From Bacillota bacterium (GTDB lineage Bacteria > Bacillota > Clostridia > Peptostreptococcales > Anaerovoracaceae): 46,252 bases of DNA. The stretch lies in NCBI GenBank assembly GCA_016283945.1, contig JAEENW010000084.1, positions 1 to 46,252 on the forward strand. Direction: 5' to 3'. Both the position numbers and the translations under genes were made by a program. Numbering within the stretch: the first letter of the stretch is position 1; each line of letters begins with the position of its first letter. Below are positions 26,374 to 32,943 of the stretch, in pieces. Below the pieces are notes generated by a model. It ran no database searches. It was given only the letters and a program-made list of their open reading frames with translations, and had not been told where the DNA came from.

Positions 26374-27075
26374 TAGCGGACAGGGGGTGTCATAACGGTT
26401 CTCCGGGTCCCCCGAAGTCCCCCGGAGCCTCAAAGTCCCCCGGGCGGCTCTGGGGCGCTCTGGAGGACTCACATCGATTAAACAGTATTCTTCTGTTACT
26501 GAACGGCGCGCTTGCCTCGGCGTCATCCGCTGCGCGCCGCATACGCTTTAATGGATCCCGCGGTGGTAATCGATATGAGCTTCATCATGCCCGGCAGTCT
26601 GTATATCCCGCAGGCATCGTCAGCTCCGAGGGTCTGCATCTCCTCCGGAGCCTTTTCGGCGCTCCGCAAGCTGCTTATAAGCACGAGGCTCTGAGAGCCG
26701 TTTTAAGCGACTTTAATACCCCTCGTCGATATATGATACCTCCGCGCTCAAAGTCCTCTCAGACGAAGTCTCAGTTCTCTGAGGCTGAACGCCGGATAAT
26801 GCGCTCGGATGGACCGGCTGCCTGGCTCCTCCGCGGACTTGCGCAAGCTCCGCCGGCACTTCCCGGGATCAGCCGGCGCATAAGGCTTCTGACCGGTCCC
26901 GCGCACGGCAGCCTGCCCGGTTTGGACGTCAGTTCACACATTCACTCAGGGCTGAGCGCCGTGAACCGCTGACATGCTGAAACAGCAAAGTGCTTAACCG
27001 TATACTGTTACAGTCAATATCTTGTATCGGCCCGGATCCATGGCTTCAGGGGCCGTTTTGCGCCCGTACCCTGCG

Positions 27076-27089
27076 CGAACATTTGTTCT
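27076..27089. promoter_or_regulatory. LexA (Cheo-type SOS) box 4
   Basis: CGAACATTTGTTCT fits GAAC-N4-GTTC and is 13/14 identical to box 2 at 28754. It overlaps the stop codon of the SprT-like gene. Confidence 0.65.
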
Positions 27090-27615
27090 AACGGGGTAGG
27101 AGCTTTCTGGTCGCCATGGGTTCGCAGCCGACCTCCAGACAGGCTGCCTTCCAGACCCGGTCGTGCCCGTGCCGGACGCTTCCGTCCCTCAGGTACACCA
27201 GCATGTGCGCGTACTCATGCCTGATGACGTCGGTGAACAGCCCGGCGTCTCCGAGTATGCGCGCCGACACCGCTATCTCCATGCCGCCCCAGGATGCCCC
27301 TTCCCTCCTCAGGGTAAAGGTCCCGAGGCGCCTCACCATGCGGGTGGAGATCCTGACGGAGCAGGAGCTGCTGTCGACGCCGCAGAGCGCGTCTAGCCTG
27401 CGGTATTCTTCCCTTATAAGGGCAATCGCGCGCTCCTTTTCCTCTTTTGTGACGCTTACAGGAGGCGCCGGAGGACGGCGCGATGAGCGGCGGGACGAGG
27501 GACGCCCCGGCCCGCCGGCTTTACCGGGCTTCGCGCCGCGGCCGGAGCTTCTGGATCTGCCGCGCTGAGGGAGCCCGAACAGGCCTTTTCCGAAGAGGCT
27601 CAGCGTATGGACCAT
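27088..27615 (-). CDS. SprT-like zinc metalloprotease domain protein with a basic N-terminal tail
   Basis: C-terminal VIRHEYAHMLVYL...HGHDRVWKAACLEVG (HExxH then HG..W) and RISTRMVRRLGTF are SprT-family signatures. The N-terminal ~55 aa are Arg/Ser/Pro/Gly-rich. The 5' end overlaps the SIMPL gene by 16 nt; the start codon is uncertain. Confidence 0.7.
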   Translation of the reverse strand: MVHTLSLFGKGLFGLPQRGRSRSSGRGAKPGKAGGPGRPSSRRSSRRPPAPPVSVTKEEKERAIALIREEYRRLDALCGVDSSSCSVRISTRMVRRLGTFTLRREGASWGGMEIAVSARILGDAGLFTDVIRHEYAHMLVYLRDGSVRHGHDRVWKAACLEVGCEPMATRKLLPR

Positions 27616-28259
27616 ACGGCGACCAGGCTGCAGTCCGCGTTCACGTCCGCGGGGGTGATGTCCATGGCGAAGGACTCCTCAGCAACGGCGTCGTTCATCT
27701 TGGCCATGCGAAGGCTCATCGGCCTGACCGTGAGATCTGAGCCTATCTCAGAGGAATCCACGCTGACGAGCCTGTCGAGATCGACTCCGCCTGCGGTAGC
27801 CAGCACCTCGGCTCTCTCGCGGGCGTCGGCGAGAGCTGCCTTCAGGAGCTCGTCCCTGACCCCGTCACGGTTCTTTACGGTATAGGCGATGTGGAACTCC
27901 GGATCGGCCTCGCAGGACGCCAGAGACGCCAGGCAGCGGCCCAGGAGCTCGTTCTCTATGGAGAAGCTCACGCTCATCTGATGGTCGAACCTGTAGCCGG
28001 CGAAGCGCTGCCTGTACTCGCCGTTCTCGTCCCTGTAGGACTCGTAGCGGTCGGATATGTTGAAGGAGCCGGTCTTGACGTCCTCGGGATCGAAGCCGAG
28101 CCCGGTGAATATGGCCTTGACCGAGGCCGACTTCTCAGAGGCCATCTTTATGGTCTCCCTGTAGTCGGAGCACTCGCCGCTGATGTTCATATTGAGCACT
28201 GTGGTGTCCGGCGCGAGGCTGAGCCTGCTCCTGCCGGTCACTCTGATGTACCTGTCCAT
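27600..28259 (-). CDS. SIMPL-domain (DUF541) protein without a signal peptide
   Basis: AGGAGG lies 6 nt upstream of ATG 28259 (MDRYIRVTG...). The product's overall pattern matches the SIMPL/26-kDa immunogenic protein family, but no hydrophobic leader is present. Confidence 0.6.
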   Translation of the reverse strand: MDRYIRVTGRSRLSLAPDTTVLNMNISGECSDYRETIKMASEKSASVKAIFTGLGFDPEDVKTGSFNISDRYESYRDENGEYRQRFAGYRFDHQMSVSFSIENELLGRCLASLASCEADPEFHIAYTVKNRDGVRDELLKAALADARERAEVLATAGGVDLDRLVSVDSSEIGSDLTVRPMSLRMAKMNDAVAEESFAMDITPADVNADCSLVAVWSIR

Positions 28260-28274
28260 TTCGTTCCTCCTGTG

Positions 28275-28302
28275 AATAAACGGCGGCAGTTTGCCTGCCG
28301 CC
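28275..28302 (-). terminator. stem-loop plus U-tract between the YneA-like gene and the SIMPL gene (terminator or attenuator)
   Basis: Minus strand reads GGCGGCAG-GCAAA-CTGCCGCC followed by GTTTATT, only about 15 nt before the SIMPL RBS. Confidence 0.5.
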
Positions 28303-28388
28303 ATCTATGATACCACACGCTGATGGAGTTTTCGAGTTTTACGCCTTCAGGGCTGCCCCGCCGGGAGCCAGCCAGCGACGCGCCGGCT

Positions 28389-28685
28389 CTAGCTCTGAGG
28401 GATGAGGAGGTTCTGCCCGGGGACCAGAGTATAAGCGCTGACGTCGTTGATGGCGCAGATGTCCTTTATGACGAGGCGAACGTCCTTGTCCGAGGGTCCG
28501 TAGGTCCTGGCGAGATCCCAGAGCGTGTCGCCGCTGACGACCTCGACGCTGACGTAGGTCTTCTCGGGATCGCTGTAGGCGCGGTCCATGCCGGTGAGAT
28601 TGCCGATGATGAGGCTCAGCGCCAGCAGGACGCAGGCCGTGAATACCGTGAATCTGAACTTGTTGGCTATCCTGTATCTCTTCAT
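28389..28685 (-). CDS. YneA-like SOS cell-division inhibitor (N-terminal TM helix plus LysM domain)
   Basis: The 98-aa product is MKRYRIANKFRFTVFTACVLLALSLIIGNL..., followed by a LysM domain (VEVVSGDTLWDLARTY...INDVSAYTLVPGQNLLIP). GAGG lies 7 nt upstream of ATG 28685. Preceded by a LexA-box-covered promoter. The longer ORF-track start (28775) runs through the promoter. Confidence 0.8.
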   Translation of the reverse strand: MKRYRIANKFRFTVFTACVLLALSLIIGNLTGMDRAYSDPEKTYVSVEVVSGDTLWDLARTYGPSDKDVRLVIKDICAINDVSAYTLVPGQNLLIPQS

Positions 28686-28724
28686 GTCTGTACCTCGCTT
28701 TCGAAGTGAGCATGGGGGCGTCAA

Positions 28725-28738
28725 AGAACGTTTGTTCG
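28725..28738. promoter_or_regulatory. LexA (Cheo-type SOS) box 1
   Basis: AGAACGTTTGTTCG (GAAC-N4-GTTC), just downstream of the -10 element on the minus strand. Confidence 0.8.
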
Positions 28739-28745
28739 CAGTGCT

Positions 28746-28775
28746 ATAATAGCAGAACATTTGTTCTTTTGTCAA
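28746..28775 (-). promoter_or_regulatory. sigma-A type promoter of the YneA-like operon
   Basis: Minus strand reads TTGACA (28775-28770), an 18-nt spacer, then TATTAT (28751-28746). Confidence 0.7.
28754..28767. promoter_or_regulatory. LexA (Cheo-type SOS) box 2
   Basis: AGAACATTTGTTCT lies inside the -35/-10 spacer of the minus-strand promoter. Confidence 0.8.
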
Positions 28776-28785
28776 TGATCAATTT

Positions 28786-28799
28786 CGAACATTCGTTCT
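28786..28799. promoter_or_regulatory. LexA (Cheo-type SOS) box 3
   Basis: CGAACATTCGTTCT lies upstream of the -35. A perfect TATAAT (plus strand 28829-28834, read on the minus strand) sits about 30 nt further upstream and may be a second promoter. Confidence 0.75.
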
Positions 28800-28848
28800 T
28801 TTTTTGTTTCCCGCCTCTTTACGGTACCATTATATCAGGATGCCTGTA

Positions 28849-28877
28849 CAAAAATAGCGACAGCCAAAGCTGCCGCT
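28849..28877 (-). terminator. rho-independent terminator after the ynbB-like gene
   Basis: Minus strand reads AGCGGCAGC-TTTG-GCTGTCGCT followed by ATTTTTG. Confidence 0.6.
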
Positions 28878-28983
28878 TTAGATCGGTATAAGCGTTGATA
28901 TCTCAACGTTTTTCAGAGTGCGCGCCCTGTCGGATATCGAGATCCCGGCACGCAGGGCTTCCGCAGGCCGCCTCTCCGCTGCC

Positions 28984-30270
28984 CTACAGGAGTCCCCTGT
29001 CCTTCAGGGACTGGAGCACCTTCATGAGCCCGAACTTGGCGTGGTCGTAGCTCAGCGCCCCCTGGAAGTACGCGGTATAGGGCTCCCTGAGTGGAGCGTC
29101 CGCAGAGAGCTCCATGGTGCTGCCCTGGACGAAGGAACCGGAGGCCATGATGATGCTGTCCTCGTAGCCGGCCATCTCGCCGGCCTCGGGAGCGTAATGG
29201 GCGTTTATAGGAGCCGCGGCCTGCACGCCCTCGCAGAAGGCGGTGAGCTGCTCCTCGGACTTCATGCGTATCGCGGTGACGACATCGTTCCTCGGATCCT
29301 CGGCTCTGGGGCTGACCTCGTAGCCGAGCTTCTCGAAGGCCTTGGCGAAGAGAGCGGCGCCCTTGATCGCCTCGCAGACGGTGCGCGGAGCCATGAATAT
29401 GCCCTGGAGTATCCTCCTGGTCTGGTCGTACATGAGGCCGGCGTCGGTGCCGATCCCGGGCGCGATGACCCTGTAGGAGACGGTCTCGACGAGATCAGCT
29501 CTTCCGGCGACGTAGCCGCCTCCCATGGCGATGCCGCCGCCGGGGTTCTTCATCAGGGAGCCCGCCATTATGTCGGCGCCGACGGCCACAGGCTCCTTCG
29601 TGTCGAGGAACTCGCCGTAGCAGTTGTCGACCATGCATATGATACCGGGCTTCACGGACTTGCAGGCGGCCGCCCACTCGCGTATCTCGGGAATGCTGAA
29701 GGCGTACCTGAAGGAGTAGCCTATGGACCTCTGAAGCACGGCGACCCTGGTGTTATCCTTTATCGCGGCCTTGACGCCCTCGATATCGATCTTCATATCC
29801 GCGGTGAGCTCGACCTTGTTGAAGCTAACGCCGTAGCTCCTGAGAGAGCCGTTGCCGTCGCCCTTGAGGCCGATGACGGTCTCCATGGTGTCGTAGGGCT
29901 CGCCCGTGCAGTACAGGAGCTCATCGCCTGGGCGCAGCAGCCCCAGATAGCAGCACGCCAGAGCGTGGGTCCCGTCGCAGATAAAGGGACCGACTATGCA
30001 GCTCTCGGTCTCAAAGGCGGAGGCGAACACCTTGCCGCAGACGGCGCGGCCCGGATCGTCGTGCCCGTAGCCGTTCGCCCAGGCGAAGTGAGTGTCGCTG
30101 ACGTAGTTGTCGTGAAACGCCCTGAGCACCTTGTACTGGTTGTATTCCGCTGTGCGCTCGTAGCGGGCGAAGACCTCCGCGATCTCCCTCTCGGCCTCGT
30201 CGGCCATAGCTGAGACCTCATGATCGATCCCGTAGTTCCTCTTAAGAAAATCCTTTGTAAGCTGATCCAT
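28984..30270 (-). CDS. methionine gamma-lyase family / aluminium-resistance family PLP enzyme (YnbB-like)
   Basis: Roughly 428-aa product with blocks typical of this family: FHDNYVSDTHFAWANGYGHDDPGR, ICDGTHALA and SLMKNPGGGIA (PLP-Lys region). Start set at ATG 30270; the TTG at 30297 has no RBS. Confidence 0.7.
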   Translation of the reverse strand: MDQLTKDFLKRNYGIDHEVSAMADEAEREIAEVFARYERTAEYNQYKVLRAFHDNYVSDTHFAWANGYGHDDPGRAVCGKVFASAFETESCIVGPFICDGTHALACCYLGLLRPGDELLYCTGEPYDTMETVIGLKGDGNGSLRSYGVSFNKVELTADMKIDIEGVKAAIKDNTRVAVLQRSIGYSFRYAFSIPEIREWAAACKSVKPGIICMVDNCYGEFLDTKEPVAVGADIMAGSLMKNPGGGIAMGGGYVAGRADLVETVSYRVIAPGIGTDAGLMYDQTRRILQGIFMAPRTVCEAIKGAALFAKAFEKLGYEVSPRAEDPRNDVVTAIRMKSEEQLTAFCEGVQAAAPINAHYAPEAGEMAGYEDSIIMASGSFVQGSTMELSADAPLREPYTAYFQGALSYDHAKFGLMKVLQSLKDRGLL

Positions 30271-30347
30271 ACTGCTGAAACTGTCCTTTGTCCTCAATGG
30301 TTATAACATAATATTTTTACGGTCGATTACGCGCGTGCGTCCCGTCT

Positions 30348-31757
30348 TCAGCCTCTGCGGGCCTCGAAGGCGTGCTTCCACTTGCCGCTGCGGTACCTGT
30401 GGGTCATGAGCGCGCAGCGCACGACCCAGTCCACCGCCATAGGGATCCATACCCCGTTGAGCCCGAGCCCGACGACCCTCACCAGGACGATCGCGAGCGG
30501 GATCCTGACGACCCACATGCCGACTATCGAGGAGAAGGTGCTGTAGCGCACGTCTCCGGCGCCCCTCAGTATGCCCGAGATGCACATGGTCGCCGCGCTG
30601 AAGACCTCGGCGAAGCACTGTATCCTCAGCGCCTCGGAGCCCATGTCTATTACGCTCCGGTCGTTCGTGAAGACGTCTATGACGTAGGGGCAGATGAAAT
30701 AGAGTATGAAGGCCACGCAGCCCATGACGGTTATGGAGTACTTGATGCACTTGGTCGCGAGCTCCTCGGCCCTCTCGTGGTCGCCGGCGCCGAGCCACTG
30801 CGCGACGAGCGTCGTCGCGGCCGTGCCGAAGCCCATGACGGAGATGAAGCAGACCGATTCGGCGTTGCCCGCGAGGTTGTGAGCCGCGAGGGTCGAGGTG
30901 CCGACGTCGGCGAGCATGCTGGTGATGATGATCTGCCCGAAGGAGATGATGGCGCGCTCGAGGGCGACGGGGATGCCGAGGCGGAACACCGACGCGTAGA
31001 CGTGCGGCTCGAACTTCGGGAAGCCGTCGAAGCTCAGCGGGATCTCCTTCTTCTTATCAAAGAGCTTGCTGAACGAGATGACGAACGAGACTATGTTCGC
31101 GATCGAGGTCGCGATGGCGGCTCCGGTGACGCCCTTGCCCCAGCCTATCATGGTGAAGCTCATGCCAAGGACCGTAAGCGTCCTGGTCGGATAGATGAAC
31201 AGGAAATTCAGCACGCAGTTGCAGATGTTCGCGGAGACGTTTGCGACCATGGCGGTGTGGGTGTCGCCCTGGCTGCGGTGTATCGCGTTGGCGGTGAAGC
31301 TTCCGATTATGAATATCCTGGACCAGCCTATGTGGAAGAGATAGCTGCTTGAGCTCTCCCAGATCTCGGGCTTGGCCCTCATGAGCTGCGGCAGGTACGG
31401 CGTGAAGAAGAACGCGTAGAGCAGGTTCATGAACACTCCGAAGACCAGGACCAGGTACACCGTCTGGCGCATGATCCTCAGGCCCTCGTCCTTTCTGCCC
31501 TCGCCTATGCTGTGCCCGACGAGCACCGAAAAGCCCATCGAAAGGCCCATCATGAAGCCGTTGGTCAGCATCATTATGGGCGAGCCGAGCGCGACCGAAG
31601 CCGTGGCGTTGACTCCGACGCTGCCGACCATGGCCGTATCCACGAAGCCGACGAGTATCATCATGAACTCCTCGATCAGGCACGGCCACACTATGGACAT
31701 GATCACCGTCCTCGCGGGCAGGCTCCTGTCCAGTATATCCACTCTCCCCCTTGCCAT
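30348..31757 (-). CDS. MATE-family efflux transporter
   Basis: AAGGAGG lies 5 nt upstream of ATG 31757. The 469-aa, 12-TM product has the MATE-typical N-terminus (IVWPCLIEEFMMILVGFVDTAMVGSVG) and a second-half repeat. Confidence 0.85.
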   Translation of the reverse strand: MARGRVDILDRSLPARTVIMSIVWPCLIEEFMMILVGFVDTAMVGSVGVNATASVALGSPIMMLTNGFMMGLSMGFSVLVGHSIGEGRKDEGLRIMRQTVYLVLVFGVFMNLLYAFFFTPYLPQLMRAKPEIWESSSSYLFHIGWSRIFIIGSFTANAIHRSQGDTHTAMVANVSANICNCVLNFLFIYPTRTLTVLGMSFTMIGWGKGVTGAAIATSIANIVSFVISFSKLFDKKKEIPLSFDGFPKFEPHVYASVFRLGIPVALERAIISFGQIIITSMLADVGTSTLAAHNLAGNAESVCFISVMGFGTAATTLVAQWLGAGDHERAEELATKCIKYSITVMGCVAFILYFICPYVIDVFTNDRSVIDMGSEALRIQCFAEVFSAATMCISGILRGAGDVRYSTFSSIVGMWVVRIPLAIVLVRVVGLGLNGVWIPMAVDWVVRCALMTHRYRSGKWKHAFEARRG

Positions 31758-31803
31758 GTTACCTCCTTGCTCTGAATGCGCCCGGCGTCCAGGGACGCGG
31801 CGC

Positions 31804-32943
31804 TCACTTTCCCTCATCCGGCTTGATCATGTCGTCGCCCCACTCGAAGCCCTTTATGAGCTCGCGCTTGGTGTTGAGCCTGTGCGCGGCGTAGAGCTGG
31901 GTGGTGGTGACGTTGTCGTGATCGAGCAGCTCCTGAACGTCGTAGACCGAGTTGCCGCGGCCGATGAGGCTGGTGGCGGCGGTAGCTCTGAGCTTGTGCG
32001 GACTGTAGCCGCGGTCTCTCGAGGTCCCGAGCGATATAGAAGTGTATTTCTTGACTATCTGCCTGAGCTGCCTGTCCGTGAGGCGCGTGCCCCTAAGGCT
32101 CAGCAGCAGCGCGTCCCTGCTCTCCGGCGGGAGCTCTTCCTCGGGCGCGCGCTCGAGGCTCACGTATTCCGAGAAGGCCTCGCTTATGGTGCGGTTGACG
32201 GGCATGATGGATTCCTTGCCTCTCTTGCGGTAGATCTTGAACTCGCCGCGCTCGAAGTTGAAGGAGCTCACGTTGAGCTGCTGAAGCTCCGAGAGCCTGA
32301 GCCCGTAGGTCAGAAGCAGCAACAGTATGAGCTTGTCCCTGAGCTTGGTCTTCTCCCAGTAGTCCTTCTCGTGCTCAGTAAGCCCGTCGCCGGTGACCAC
32401 GGCGTCGAGCATGCGCATGACCTCGTCGTCCTGCAGGGCCTTGATCTCCCTTTCGCCGGGCTTGGGCAGCCTTATGGGATCGAAGCCGTCGGTAATGTTG
32501 GAGCTTATGACCCCGTCCCTGTAGAGGAACTTGAACATGACCGAGAGCGAGGACTTCTTGCGGCTCAGCGAGGCGTTGCTGTTCTCGTAGACCGTCTCTA
32601 TGCCGTCCTCGTCCTTCACCGAGTAATGCCTGCAGTAATCGATGAAGTAGTTGACATCGCGGGCCTTCAGGGCGTCTATGTCCTCAGCCCTGATCTCCTT
32701 TATATCCTTCCTATCGGAGCCGAGCGGGGTCTCCGAGAGCAGATACGAGAAGAAGAAGCGTATGTCCCTCAGGTACGAGAGCCTCGTGAGAGGCAGCGAG
32801 TTGCCGTTTAAGTAGACATAAAATCCTTTCAGAAAACCCGGCAGCTGTTCCTGCAGCTTCCGGTATTCGTCCAGGACCTTCGCCTCTCTCTCGACTACGT
32901 TGTCCGGCTTATCTGTCTTGTTCTGGATCTTCAGCTGAGGCAT
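31804..32943 (-). CDS. tyrosine-type site-specific recombinase (XerC/XerD/phage-integrase family)
   Basis: C-terminal catalytic region: LRLSEL (Arg I), SPHKLRATAATSLI (HxxR) and LDHDNVTTTQLYA (His then the nucleophile Tyr). N-terminal SAM-like core-binding domain. The start (32943 or 32973) overlaps the miaA 3' end. Confidence 0.8.
   Translation of the reverse strand: MPQLKIQNKTDKPDNVVEREAKVLDEYRKLQEQLPGFLKGFYVYLNGNSLPLTRLSYLRDIRFFFSYLLSETPLGSDRKDIKEIRAEDIDALKARDVNYFIDYCRHYSVKDEDGIETVYENSNASLSRKKSSLSVMFKFLYRDGVISSNITDGFDPIRLPKPGEREIKALQDDEVMRMLDAVVTGDGLTEHEKDYWEKTKLRDKLILLLLLTYGLRLSELQQLNVSSFNFERGEFKIYRKRGKESIMPVNRTISEAFSEYVSLERAPEEELPPESRDALLLSLRGTRLTDRQLRQIVKKYTSISLGTSRDRGYSPHKLRATAATSLIGRGNSVYDVQELLDHDNVTTTQLYAAHRLNTKRELIKGFEWGDDMIKPDEGK

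Noticed and set aside
26400-26800. RNase P RNA or tmRNA in the gene-free region
   Set aside because: CTCAAAGTCC (twice) and GACGAAGTCTCA...GAACGCCGGATAA recall parts of RNase P RNA. However, the universal GAGGAAAGTCC and ACAGAA..GGCTTA elements are absent or out of order. There is no tmRNA-like GGGG...ACGG 5' end paired with a TTCGA..CCACCA 3' end, and no ...ALAA-stop tag reading frame. The resemblance is too weak to call by eye and needs a covariance-model scan.
26322-26972. 216-aa plus-strand ORF filling the gene-free region
   Set aside because: It has a TTG start inside the terminator tail and no RBS. The product is rich in R, S, P, G and A (SPGPPKSPGASKSPG...). Many codons are rare in flanking genes (CTT, TTA, CGA, TCT, AAT, TAT), and there is no GC3 periodicity. 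I treat the region as non-coding or decayed.
26978-27002. ECF-type promoter TGAAAC-N15-CGTA on the plus strand
   Set aside because: It resembles the B. subtilis SigW-type TGAAAC-N16-CGTA consensus, but the spacing is one short and it occurs once. The only thing downstream on the plus strand is the antisense of the SprT-like gene. This is likely chance.
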